Both the position numbers and the translations under genes were made by a program. A stretch of 64,000 bases of DNA from an uncultured Gammaproteobacteria bacterium (GTDB lineage Bacteria > Patescibacteriota > Patescibacteriia > CAZGFX01): the NCBI GenBank assembly GCA_964524845.1, contig CAZGFX010000001.1, positions 227,740 to 291,739 of the forward strand, read 5' to 3'. Positions 1 to 9,145 of the stretch are shown here, piece by piece; within the stretch, counting starts at the first letter, position 1, and each line of letters opens with the position of its first letter. The notes under the pieces are model-generated. The model was given only the letters and a program-made list of their open reading frames with translations, had not been told where the DNA came from and made no database searches.

Positions 1-456
1 GCGGTTGTAAACACCGGAACATTATCCGTCGATCAGATGTTTGAAGTTATTAAGCTTTCCGAGGATAATTGGTATGTCGCTGCGGCGGTTTTAAACACCG
101 GAACATTATCCGTCGATCAGATGTTTGAAGTGATCAAGCTTTCCGGGAATGATTGGCGTTTCATTGAAGATGTTGTAAAAACAGGGAAACTTTCGAATAA
201 GGAACTGTTTGAAGTTATTAAACTTTCCTGGAATAATCCGATTGTCGCTAAGACGGTTGTAAACACCGGAACATTATCCGTCGATCAGATGTTTGAAGTG
301 ATCAAGCTTTCCGGGAATGATTCGGACGTTGCTAAGGCGGTTGTAAAACAGATCAAATGGAAAAAAATGTCGCAAACCGAAATGTTTGAAGCGATTAAAC
401 TTTCGGGAAATGATAGATGTGTCGCTAAGGCGGTTGCAAATGTTCTGAAAAAATAA
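1..456 (+). CDS. 28-aa tandem helical-repeat protein, 5' truncated by window edge
   Basis: Frame open from base 1; five repeats of (A)VVNTGTLSVDQMFEVIKLSGNDxxVAx; 84-bp units nearly identical at DNA level. Confidence 0.8.
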   Translation, partial: AVVNTGTLSVDQMFEVIKLSEDNWYVAAAVLNTGTLSVDQMFEVIKLSGNDWRFIEDVVKTGKLSNKELFEVIKLSWNNPIVAKTVVNTGTLSVDQMFEVIKLSGNDSDVAKAVVKQIKWKKMSQTEMFEAIKLSGNDRCVAKAVANVLKK

Positions 457-465
457 TAAAACATT

Positions 466-500
466 CCCCCTCGATACAAAAGTATCGAGGGTTTTTTATT
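466..500 (+). terminator. intrinsic terminator
   Basis: ccctcgatac-aaaa-gtatcgaggg followed by T-run. Confidence 0.85.
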
Positions 501-566
501 TTATTCCTGCTACGATTGGCTAAAATAACAATGTTTTGCTATTATGTATTCAATTACACAACACTT

Positions 567-1640
567 ATGGCGGAAAAGAATTATTTTATAAAAGGCGAAG
601 TTAAAGGAAAAAAGGCGTTTTCAGGCGCTCAACCTACAGGAAGTTTACATATAGGAAATTACCTTGGAGCTATAAAAAACTGGGTTGAATTAAGTAAAAA
701 CAACACTTGTTATTTTACTATTGTTGATCTTCACGCGCTTAGTATTCACAATGATCCTGATATAAGGAGGATTAATGCTCTCGACGCCGCGATTGTTTAT
801 CTCGCATCAGGAATAAATATAAAAAATGCTCACATATATATACAATCACATGTAAAAGAACATGTTGAATTAATGTGGCTTCTCAATTCTATAACACCTA
901 TTGCCGAGCTTGAGCGCATGACACAGTTCAAAGATAAAAAACAAAAGAACGAGAACAATATAAATGCTGCGCTTTTCACATATCCTGTGCTTATGGCAGC
1001 CGATATTCTTCTTTTTAATGCCGATATAGTTCCTGTAGGAGAGGACCAGTATCAACACGTCGAGCTAACGCGCACAATCGCTCGAAAATTCAACAGACTT
1101 TTCTGCGAAGAAACCGGAAAACCACCTTATTTTACGGAACCGATGATATACGAACCGATTATACCTCGTGTCATGTCTCTTTCTAATCCTGATAAAAAAA
1201 TGTCAAAATCAGACGCGTCCGCTTCATATATTGGAATGTTTGATGATCCAGATATAATCGTAAAGAAAATAAACCGTGCTGTCACCGAAACAAAATCCGA
1301 TGGACGTGGCAGCATGGGAACTGGAGTGAAAAATCTAATAGAACTGCTTCGTGCGTTTGGAGGAATATCGGACGCAAACAGGTTTGAACAATTATATAAT
1401 GACGGAGTATTACAATTTTCAGAACTCAAAAAAACTCTTGCGGAACATATTATAAACGAACTTACCCCTATTCAAAAAAGACGTCTCGAACTATTAGATA
1501 ATATAGATGAGGTGAAAAAAATGTTAAGCAATGGAGCAGATCACGCTAGAAAAGAGGCGTGTGAGCGTATGCGCGCAATCAAAGAACACATAGGACTCAT
1601 TGATGATGGTTTTTCTTGCGATATTACCCTACCTCACTAA
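567..1640 (+). CDS. trpS: tryptophan--tRNA ligase
   Basis: SGAQPTG..HIGNYLGA, YPVLMAADIL, VPVGEDQ, KMSKS motifs; ATG at 567 preferred over TTG 516. Confidence 0.97.
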   Translation: MAEKNYFIKGEVKGKKAFSGAQPTGSLHIGNYLGAIKNWVELSKNNTCYFTIVDLHALSIHNDPDIRRINALDAAIVYLASGINIKNAHIYIQSHVKEHVELMWLLNSITPIAELERMTQFKDKKQKNENNINAALFTYPVLMAADILLFNADIVPVGEDQYQHVELTRTIARKFNRLFCEETGKPPYFTEPMIYEPIIPRVMSLSNPDKKMSKSDASASYIGMFDDPDIIVKKINRAVTETKSDGRGSMGTGVKNLIELLRAFGGISDANRFEQLYNDGVLQFSELKKTLAEHIINELTPIQKRRLELLDNIDEVKKMLSNGADHARKEACERMRAIKEHIGLIDDGFSCDITLPH

Positions 1641-2852
1641 AGAAACTACGACCTCTGCATGTTCCGTATGAGGAAACATATCAATCATACGAGCTTTTTC
1701 GGCGCGCCAGCCGCCCTCAAAAAACAATGGTAAATCATTTAATAAAGAGGTTGGTTTGCATGATATATAAACAAGTCTATTTGCCGTACTTGTGTTAATT
1801 GCAGAAATTGCTTTTTTATGAACACCGACGCGCGGAGGATCCACTATAATTTTTGAAATATTGGAAAGATCTATTTTTTCCATATCGTTTTCAATAGCGC
1901 CAACATGAAATTGTACGTTGCTTATTCCATTAAGTAGGGCGGCCTGGCGCGCCTGATTTACCGACTCGTGAACGATTTCCATACCAACAACCCTACCAAC
2001 AAGAGAGGATATAAATAAAGATATGGAACCTACACCACAATACAAATCAAGTACTATGTCGTCTTTTTTAGGAGCCAAATACTCACATGCGACACCATAT
2101 AATTCAGGAATCATGAGACTGTTTGCCTGCCAAAACGTTTCAGGACGTATTCGAAATTCTAATTTTTTTCCATCAGGAATAAATTTATTTTTCTCAAAAA
2201 CACCCGTATTTAAATACTCTCCGATATATCCTGAACCGAAAAGAACAGTCTCGTTTCCATATGTGACAACATCTCCTTGCGCATCATTTTCTACATCAAT
2301 AAAAGTATTAACTCCTGCTTCTTTCAATTTCTCTGCTAGATGAGCGCGACACGCTTCATATGTATCAATAGGATATAAAGACGAATGAACGAGTATGATC
2401 ATTATTTGTTTCGTGTGTTTTGCTTCACGAATAATACAATGACGAAGAAAACCAGTGTGTTTGCGTGTTGAATACGAGACAAAACCATGTGTTTCAGTCC
2501 AATCAGAGATAATCTTCAAAAATTTTCCTGCCGATCCTGAAAACAAAGGACACTCATCAACCCTAAAAACTCCTCCAAGTATTTCTGTTTCATTTGATGA
2601 AATAATTTTTGTATGAAGTCCTAGAAGAGTGCGATCAAGGTTTCCTCCAAAAGAATATTCCATTTTTGATCGATATTCCCATATATTAGAAGACCGAACA
2701 GTGTCTTCCCACAGCTGTTCCGAAATAACCGCATTTAAAAGCTTCTTGGTGTTTTTTTCTTTTTCAATCACCTGTTCCTCGTATGGAATATTTTGAAACT
2801 GGCAACCACCACACACCCCAAAATGTTTGCATGTTTTTCTATCAGAAGACAT
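1629..2852 (-). CDS. rlmD: 23S rRNA m5U methyltransferase (RlmD/TrmA family), no TRAM domain
   Basis: CxxFGxCGGC Fe-S motif, FWQAN, LDLYCGVG, DPPRxG, YISC, DMFPHTxHxE. Confidence 0.9.
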   Translation of the reverse strand: MSSDRKTCKHFGVCGGCQFQNIPYEEQVIEKEKNTKKLLNAVISEQLWEDTVRSSNIWEYRSKMEYSFGGNLDRTLLGLHTKIISSNETEILGGVFRVDECPLFSGSAGKFLKIISDWTETHGFVSYSTRKHTGFLRHCIIREAKHTKQIMIILVHSSLYPIDTYEACRAHLAEKLKEAGVNTFIDVENDAQGDVVTYGNETVLFGSGYIGEYLNTGVFEKNKFIPDGKKLEFRIRPETFWQANSLMIPELYGVACEYLAPKKDDIVLDLYCGVGSISLFISSLVGRVVGMEIVHESVNQARQAALLNGISNVQFHVGAIENDMEKIDLSNISKIIVDPPRVGVHKKAISAINTSTANRLVYISCKPTSLLNDLPLFFEGGWRAEKARMIDMFPHTEHAEVVVSLVR

Positions 2853-3004
2853 ATGTTACAAAAATTGTGATATTTAAAATATCGCTTTATTACCAATAAC
2901 AAAACCAGTATATACGAAAAAAACAAACAAATATAGCCCAAAAACGTCAGAAATCACATGTTTTCCATTGCTAATAATTCTTATAATGCACATAATTATG
3001 ATAT

Positions 3005-3847
3005 ATGACACATAAAGCACAGCATATCGATGGTACTTTAATTGCCGAGGAAATACATGAATCGGTAAAAAATACCATTGCTGAAAGCAATATAACACCA
3101 CATCTAGCTATTGTACTTGTTGGAGAAACACCAGAATCTTTGTCTTATATAGCCATAAAGAAAAAAAGAGCTGAATCAGTTGGTATTATGTTTGCTTTGT
3201 ATAAACTACCAGAAAAATCAAAAGAAGAAGAAATAATAGAAACAATAACATTTTTAAACAATGACCCAGATATACATGGTGTAATGGTGCAATTACCACT
3301 CCCGAAACACATTAATACACAAAACATACTAAATCATATAGAGCCATCGAAGGATGTTGATTGTCTTAATCCACACACAATCGAAAAATATACTTATGGT
3401 CAGGACTGTTTTGAACCACCGCTTGCTGGCGCTCTCCGAAAATGTCTTGAATATACAAATGTTCGACTCGATCGCAAACGCGCACTTATTATAACGAAGA
3501 ATAAACCACTAGCTGATGTTCTTTCTTTCGCGTGCAGTATGTATAGTATTATTCCGAAAACACACCTATATGGCACGGATCACTCGGTAATCGAAAATGA
3601 ATCTTTTGATATTATTATCACTGTTGTCGGAGCCCCTCATAGTGTTACTCATGATATGCTTAAACACTGCTCAATTGTTATTGATATGAGTTTTATAAAA
3701 AAACCCGACGGGACTATCACTAGCGATACGGATCAGAAAGAAGTGGAAAGAACCGTCGAATGGATGACCACCGTCCCAGGAGGAGCCGGACCAATTACTG
3801 TTGCCCTATTACTTAAAAACACACTCGACGCCGCATTAGATGCTTAA
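3005..3847 (+). CDS. folD: methylenetetrahydrofolate dehydrogenase/cyclohydrolase (degenerate NADP site)
   Basis: SxxYxxxK, LNNDPDIHGVMVQLPLP, KDVD, VPGGAGPITVA. Confidence 0.9.
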   Translation: MTHKAQHIDGTLIAEEIHESVKNTIAESNITPHLAIVLVGETPESLSYIAIKKKRAESVGIMFALYKLPEKSKEEEIIETITFLNNDPDIHGVMVQLPLPKHINTQNILNHIEPSKDVDCLNPHTIEKYTYGQDCFEPPLAGALRKCLEYTNVRLDRKRALIITKNKPLADVLSFACSMYSIIPKTHLYGTDHSVIENESFDIIITVVGAPHSVTHDMLKHCSIVIDMSFIKKPDGTITSDTDQKEVERTVEWMTTVPGGAGPITVALLLKNTLDAALDA

Positions 3848-3895
3848 AAATGTATTAAACGATGTTTTTTGGCTTAAAAACATTGTTTTTGGTAT

Positions 3896-3924
3896 TTGAC
3901 AGAATTAAATATATTTTCTATAAT
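3896..3924 (+). promoter_or_regulatory. sigma70 promoter
   Basis: TTGACA-17bp-TATAAT perfect consensus. Confidence 0.85.
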
Positions 3925-4002
3925 AGATTGAAACAATAAAATAAAAATTATTAAACAGCTCTCAAAATAAAAAGCCCCGCGAACGGGACAAGGAGAATTG
4001 AA

Positions 4003-4545
4003 ATGGAAAAAGAAAAAATCATTGATATTTTAAAACAAAGTAATTGGCTTCGCATTCTTGTTGCGGACGATACTGAAGAAAACATCGTCGCAGCGAAAAA
4101 GTGTTTCGAAGAAATTAATTTCAACGGGGACTTATCCGTCGTGTTCGTTTCCAATGGATCAGAAGCGATCGAGATCTTAAAAAGAGAAGAAACCGATCTG
4201 GTTATTACAGATCTTACTATGGAAAAAGAAAAAACCGGTCTCGATGTAATTCGCAGAGCTCTTGAACACAAGGCATTCGGGTATATCGCCACAGGACAAA
4301 ATTACGACCACTCTGATAATGACGCTCACGGACCAAATACGACTGTCATTCCTACAGGAAAAAGCATTAAAGGAAGAAAAAACAAACCCGAGGTTTGGAA
4401 AGAAATTCTTAATATAATTATCAAGGATTCTACAGAAAATCAGGAAACAGCACAAAGAATCAAATCGACAAAAAGATACTGGAAAAATGTCGGGAAGGGT
4501 CTGTCTTCAACAGCTCTAGAACTAACAATGCAATTATATCAATAA
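4003..4545 (+). CDS. single-domain response regulator receiver protein
   Basis: ILVADD, NGxEA, DLVITDLTM (phospho-Asp), GLDV; AGGAG SD; terminator aaacacctctga..tcagaggtgttt follows. Confidence 0.8.
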   Translation: MEKEKIIDILKQSNWLRILVADDTEENIVAAKKCFEEINFNGDLSVVFVSNGSEAIEILKREETDLVITDLTMEKEKTGLDVIRRALEHKAFGYIATGQNYDHSDNDAHGPNTTVIPTGKSIKGRKNKPEVWKEILNIIIKDSTENQETAQRIKSTKRYWKNVGKGLSSTALELTMQLYQ

Positions 4546-4613
4546 TATACCAAACACCTCTGATAAACATTCAGAGGTGTTTTTAATTGAAAAAATTTCG
4601 AGTTATGAAAAAA

Positions 4614-5417
4614 TCACAATAAGCTTGCCTGAAAAGCGTTCATCTTACCTATTACGTTCACATCCATTATAAAATTAAGATCATACACCATCTGGCTTTC
4701 TGTTGTATGACACCATGCCGTCACCTTATTATCCTTGATATTTTGAACATCGATGACGTGTTGTAAAAACTCGTGCTTTTCAACATCCTCCGGAACAAGA
4801 TATGTTATTCCAAGTTGTTCTCCATTCATATATGCAGTACGAACAACATCCTCAATAGTAGGTGTTTCGGACCATGTGACTTGAATTGGCGTTTTCGCAC
4901 CTCCTTGATGATACCATATTCGTCCATGTCGGCATCCATAATCATAAAGCATGCGTGTCAGTTTAACATCGTTGAGACAATAAGCATCAAGCGACTCCCA
5001 ATCTTTTAAACGATAATATTTCACCGCATCGAGACCAGCTCCTGATTTATGAGAAAGAAGCGTTGATTCGACGACTGATTCGAGTTTTAGACGATGACCG
5101 ATACGATTTGTTATATCAACAAGAATATCGCGATGAGTAATTTGTTTTAGATCAAAATCGGGATAATAAGGCTGAAGTACAGCGAAATCAAATGAGATAG
5201 AGTTAAATCCAACAACAAGATCACAAGAAGCTAGAACATCTTTGAGTTCATGAAGTTGATTTTCATGATAAGCTCGATATTCATTGGTTTTTGAATCATA
5301 TATTCCACATGTTGAAATACCAAGCAAATGATTTTGTTTGTTTCCTCCGCCAACTTCTCCAAATAAACGCTTTGTCTCCAAATCAAGCACTATAATATGC
5401 TTTTCATCGTGTGACAT
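4614..5417 (-). CDS. RNase H-like (DEDD/YprB-type) exonuclease with C-terminal WYL-like domain
   Basis: VLDLET, VVGFNxxxFD, YCLNDVxLT; C-terminus with IxY...AWCH...YDLxxI WYL-like pattern. Confidence 0.75.
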   Translation of the reverse strand: MSHDEKHIIVLDLETKRLFGEVGGGNKQNHLLGISTCGIYDSKTNEYRAYHENQLHELKDVLASCDLVVGFNSISFDFAVLQPYYPDFDLKQITHRDILVDITNRIGHRLKLESVVESTLLSHKSGAGLDAVKYYRLKDWESLDAYCLNDVKLTRMLYDYGCRHGRIWYHQGGAKTPIQVTWSETPTIEDVVRTAYMNGEQLGITYLVPEDVEKHEFLQHVIDVQNIKDNKVTAWCHTTESQMVYDLNFIMDVNVIGKMNAFQASLL

Positions 5418-5422
5418 AGGCC

Positions 5423-6298
5423 CTAGTTAAACTTAATTGTATTAATCGTTTCATCAAGCGTACTTCCTGGTGTTTTCCCTTCAACAAAATATGTGACAGT
5501 CCGAAGCCACTCTACAATACTTCGTTTGAGTTGTGATGTAAGCATTCCTACGCCATTTTGAGCCCCTTCAAGCGCAACGAATTTCTTTAGACGATCATTT
5601 GTAGGACTTCCGAAAAACAATGATTCACTAGATTGAAAAGCAATAGTATCCTGTTTTGATGCAACAATAAGTACTGGGTTACTATAAAGTTGCATGTACG
5701 TGGACGTATTTATTCCTCTTGCTTCTGTTGTTGGAGAAAACAAAAGAAGATTCGCTATAGAACCACTCAACAAAGAATCGTTGGTTACCGCAATCGCGAG
5801 ATTTGCTCCGAAACCAGCTCCCATCAAAGATATGGACATGTCTTTGTTTCGTGATTTCAAAAAATTATATCCTGCAAGAATATCATACTTCATCGCTTGA
5901 AAATCACGAGAAGTAAATGCCGTATAATCTCCGCTCGAACGACCATGTCCACGAAGATCAATCGCTAGAACAGAAAATCCATATTTTACGAGAATATCAT
6001 TCGTATCACCCCAATCACTGGCATTACCTCCAATATCATGAATTAAAATCACTCCGTATTCTTTACTACTTCTAGTATAATCAGCTCCTATACTTACACC
6101 ATCAGACGTAAGTACACGAACTTGTCTTACTTGTTGTTCTTTTATGTCTTTTTGTTCTGATATTTCAACCTTATGTGTATACACAAAAAAACCAAGCAAT
6201 ACTACGACTGCGGCAAAAAAACCTAATATAAGAAATATTCTAGCTTGTACTGTCATAAAAACTACTTTTAGTGTACTTAAAAAACTGTTCTTTAGCAA
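5423..6298 (-). CDS. membrane-anchored alpha/beta hydrolase fold protein, probably non-catalytic
   Basis: N-terminal TM; TSDG, ILIH, DLRGHGRS; nucleophile elbow GAGFGA; start may be 6256. Confidence 0.8.
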   Translation of the reverse strand: MLKNSFLSTLKVVFMTVQARIFLILGFFAAVVVLLGFFVYTHKVEISEQKDIKEQQVRQVRVLTSDGVSIGADYTRSSKEYGVILIHDIGGNASDWGDTNDILVKYGFSVLAIDLRGHGRSSGDYTAFTSRDFQAMKYDILAGYNFLKSRNKDMSISLMGAGFGANLAIAVTNDSLLSGSIANLLLFSPTTEARGINTSTYMQLYSNPVLIVASKQDTIAFQSSESLFFGSPTNDRLKKFVALEGAQNGVGMLTSQLKRSIVEWLRTVTYFVEGKTPGSTLDETINTIKFN

Positions 6299-6301
6299 GA
6301 G

Positions 6302-7471
6302 TTAGCCAAAAAATGACTTAAAAAAGCCTCTTACAAGCGAAGAATCTTCTTCTTTAAAAGCTTTTTCAATAATTATAGAACACTCCTTTTTTTCTCCGGG
6401 ATTTTTTTTAATAATACGAGTCATGGCTCGGACGGCTGTTGCACGCACAACCTCGTTGTTATCAAAAAGTTTTTTTACGACATGTGGTAATGCTTCTTTT
6501 GAACCCCAACACCCAATCGCACCAAGAATATTTCTTATAAAACCACAGTGTTTTATTCTTTTTATTGGTGAGTTGTTAAATCTTCGTATAAAATCACTAT
6601 CCGTAATTTCGATACAATCCAACAGAAATGGATAAACTAGATCATCGCGAAAAGAAAAAAACGAGGATATTTTTCCTTCTATATTAGAACTTCTGTTCCA
6701 AGGACATACCTCCTGACATGTATCACATCCATATATTCTATTTCCAATTTTTTCTTCATACTCATCTGGGATTACTCCTTTATACTCAATTGTCAGATAA
6801 GAAATACATTTTCTGGAGTCCAAGAAACCATCTTCTCCTAGAGCCACTGTCGGGCACGCGCGGCGGCATCGGATACACTGATTGCATGATTTTGATTGAA
6901 CGGATTGTTGAGATTGTGAAAAAAGTTCGTCCGGCTCAATATAAATACTACACACTATTTCAGAAAGAAACACATACGAACCATGATTATTCGTGATAAG
7001 ATTTTTATTATTTCCTATATACCCGATGCCGCCGCGCTCAGCACACTCGCGTTCAAGGATTGGTCCAGTATCAACGTAGGCGCGAAATATCGAGTCTTTT
7101 TCACACTTTGTTTTTATTGATTCGATCAAATTATTAAGCGCTCGCTCAATAACCTTATGATAGTCATCAAAAAGTGCGTATCTAGCGATAATGCCTCGAC
7201 TTGGATCATTTGCTTTTTTCGGGTCAAAATAATCTTTCGGTGGAACATACGAAACCCCAAGCACAATAATGGTTTTTATTTCTTCAAATAATTTACGAGG
7301 ATCGAGCCTTGTCTCGATATTTCGCGCAAACCACCCCATATCACCATGCATTCCGTTTACAACCCACTCTTTTACTTCTTTACAAAACGAAGATTGTGTT
7401 GGTGTTATAAAACCAACATAATCAAAACCTTGTCTAACTGCTTCTCCTTTTATAAATTCTTTTAAATCCAT
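6302..7471 (-). CDS. queG: epoxyqueuosine reductase
   Basis: IARYA..DYH, VDTGPILER, CxxCxxCxxxCPT, CISYLTIE, YGCDxCQxVCPWN, HEAT-like tail. Confidence 0.95.
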   Translation of the reverse strand: MDLKEFIKGEAVRQGFDYVGFITPTQSSFCKEVKEWVVNGMHGDMGWFARNIETRLDPRKLFEEIKTIIVLGVSYVPPKDYFDPKKANDPSRGIIARYALFDDYHKVIERALNNLIESIKTKCEKDSIFRAYVDTGPILERECAERGGIGYIGNNKNLITNNHGSYVFLSEIVCSIYIEPDELFSQSQQSVQSKSCNQCIRCRRACPTVALGEDGFLDSRKCISYLTIEYKGVIPDEYEEKIGNRIYGCDTCQEVCPWNRSSNIEGKISSFFSFRDDLVYPFLLDCIEITDSDFIRRFNNSPIKRIKHCGFIRNILGAIGCWGSKEALPHVVKKLFDNNEVVRATAVRAMTRIIKKNPGEKKECSIIIEKAFKEEDSSLVRGFFKSFFG

Positions 7472-7478
7472 TTTATTG

Positions 7479-7520
7479 AGTTAATTATGAACTTATAAAT
7501 AACATCTGTTTATACATAAA
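7479..7520. repeat. 42-bp direct repeat, left boundary of island
   Basis: agttaattatgaacttataaataacatctgtttatacataaa; matches 10334-10375 with 3 mismatches. Confidence 0.85.
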
Positions 7521-7651
7521 TACTATATCAGGTATCATCACATAAAAAAAGCAATTTTTGAAAAAACCGCTAAGGGCATTTTATTTCTTACCCTTTTCTG
7601 TTTTTAGTGTTTTTTAAACACGTTTGCTATAATAAAAGTATAAAACTTTTC

Positions 7652-8008
7652 ATGGAAAACAAATTTCATAAATTAAAATTTGAGGACGAGATTTCGTTAT
7701 TAGAAAACGATACAACAGATTACACTGAAACGAAAAAATATCTTTTTCCTTTAATTGAGAATTCGATCAATATCAATAGATTTTCTTTCTCGGAAAAAGA
7801 AAAAATAATGCTTACACATAAATTATTATCAGATATTCCAATAAGTGCGCGAAGATACTTATCAAACAAAATAAATAAAGAAAAAAGAACTCATTTTTGC
7901 TTGTATTTTAGTTGGTATATTTCAGAAACGATCAATAAAGAACTGAAAAAACAAAGTTTATTACGAAAAATAAAAGCCGTTTTTACACGGCTTTTGAGGA
8001 TTTGTTGA
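7652..8008 (+). CDS. hypothetical protein
   Basis: ORF with ATG at 7652 after a TATAAT; no recognised motif. Confidence 0.55.
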   Translation: MENKFHKLKFEDEISLLENDTTDYTETKKYLFPLIENSININRFSFSEKEKIMLTHKLLSDIPISARRYLSNKINKEKRTHFCLYFSWYISETINKELKKQSLLRKIKAVFTRLLRIC

Positions 8009-8014
8009 TTCTAA

Positions 8015-8221
8015 TTAAGAACCGTTTTTTGGATTAACAGTTTCTTTAAAAATTTCGTACAATTCTTTCCCTGTTTCTGAATCAGAAACCTTATTAATAT
8101 TTCTTTCTTCTAAGTCTCCTGATTTTACAGCGTCATTTCTAGCATCGTGCCAAGCAGAAGAAACTTCCGATTCTGTTGTTTTAGTATCTTTTGCAGCATC
8201 GTTTTTATTATATTCACTCAT
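8015..8221 (-). CDS. small acidic hypothetical protein (68 aa)
   Basis: Strong SD AAAGGAGGT 7 nt before ATG 8221. Confidence 0.75.
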   Translation of the reverse strand: MSEYNKNDAAKDTKTTESEVSSAWHDARNDAVKSGDLEERNINKVSDSETGKELYEIFKETVNPKNGS

Positions 8222-8310
8222 TATACTCACCTCCTTTCAAAGGATTTTTAAATTACATTTCAATAAACATTATTGTTTATTGGTATTTTTTGTTTTTTGA
8301 AGATTTTTAC

Positions 8311-8396
8311 CCTGAATTTATTTCAGGGCTTGTCCTGAACTTGTTTCAGGGCTTGTCCTGAACTTGTTTCAGGGCTTGTCCTGAACTTGTTTCAGG
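8311..8396. repeat. tandem REP-like palindrome, 23-bp unit x3 plus one variant partial copy
   Basis: gcttgtcctgaacttgtttcagg at 8328, 8351 and 8374; no spacers. Confidence 0.9.
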
Positions 8397-8475
8397 ATGG
8401 GTATTGTTTTCATAATTTGGCTCATATAGTAACCCATTAAGAAATATATGAGCCGTATGTGAAAACAATTATAGA

Positions 8476-8513
8476 GCTTGTCCCGAGTCGTGTTTTTCAA
8501 CACGACGAGGGAT
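8476..8513 (-). repeat. 38-bp dispersed hairpin element, copy 1
   Basis: Exact reverse complement of 53649-53686. Confidence 0.9.
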
Positions 8514-8530
8514 ATTTTCACAATTGATTC

Positions 8531-9004
8531 GGAGAGAGACTTGCCCCGAATCTGTTTTATCCCGTTTGCGGGGCAAAGACAGAAGAGGGGTTGCAGAAAT
8601 ATAACACTTGGGAGTTTGAAAAAAACTACGGGTGTTATGTGTACCTTTTTAATTTCTTGAAATTAATGACTCGGGTATACGGGATATTATAGGAGTAAAC
8701 CCCTTCACTAATTGCCTTACATATTGGTGTTGGGGTAAATATTATATACCTTCATTAATTCCAAGAGTATGTATTTCACCGTATTGTATATATAATTATG
8801 TGCCCATGCCTGTGCACACAATTACATTTATTTTTTAATATTTTCCTTATGCTTCCATGCCTTAAAAAGCACAAAGAAAAACAAATACGTGAAATACACG
8901 CTCTTTAACAAAGAAAAAATAAAGTGATTATAGGTTTTTGGGTATGATATGAACTTATGGGGTATTTTTGGATATTTTGGATCTCTCTTTCCTTTTTTAT
9001 TCTT
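8531..9004 (-). ncRNA. candidate long structured non-coding RNA or very long leader (RNA-A)
   Basis: TTGACG-17-TATACT promoter at 9039-9011; no ORF with SD; 5' GGAAAGAGAGAU can pair with 3' GUCUCUCUCC; many C-rich tracts. Confidence 0.5.
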
Positions 9005-9010
9005 GATTTA

Positions 9011-9039
9011 AGTATATAGAATATACACTATTTCGTCAA
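9011..9039 (-). promoter_or_regulatory. sigma70 promoter divergent from TrmB-like gene
   Basis: TTGACG-17bp-TATACT. Confidence 0.75.
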
Positions 9040-9145
9040 TGCACTCCTTACGAGTTATCCACAGGATGAGTATATAAGCCACTTTTGGTAAAATATACCC
9101 TTACTGAATTGCTGTTTATCAATGGATTGTGTATACTTATTACAT

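Noticed and set aside
7479-7520. dif/Xer site
   Set aside because: Dyad present, but it does not match the 11-6-11 dif consensus with a TTATGTTAAAT arm.
8311-8396. CRISPR array
   Set aside because: Repeats are contiguous with no spacers; no cas genes in the window.
8478-8660. 60-aa plus-strand ORF
   Set aside because: Starts inside the 38-bp repeat, has no SD, and is antisense to the promoter-supported transcript.
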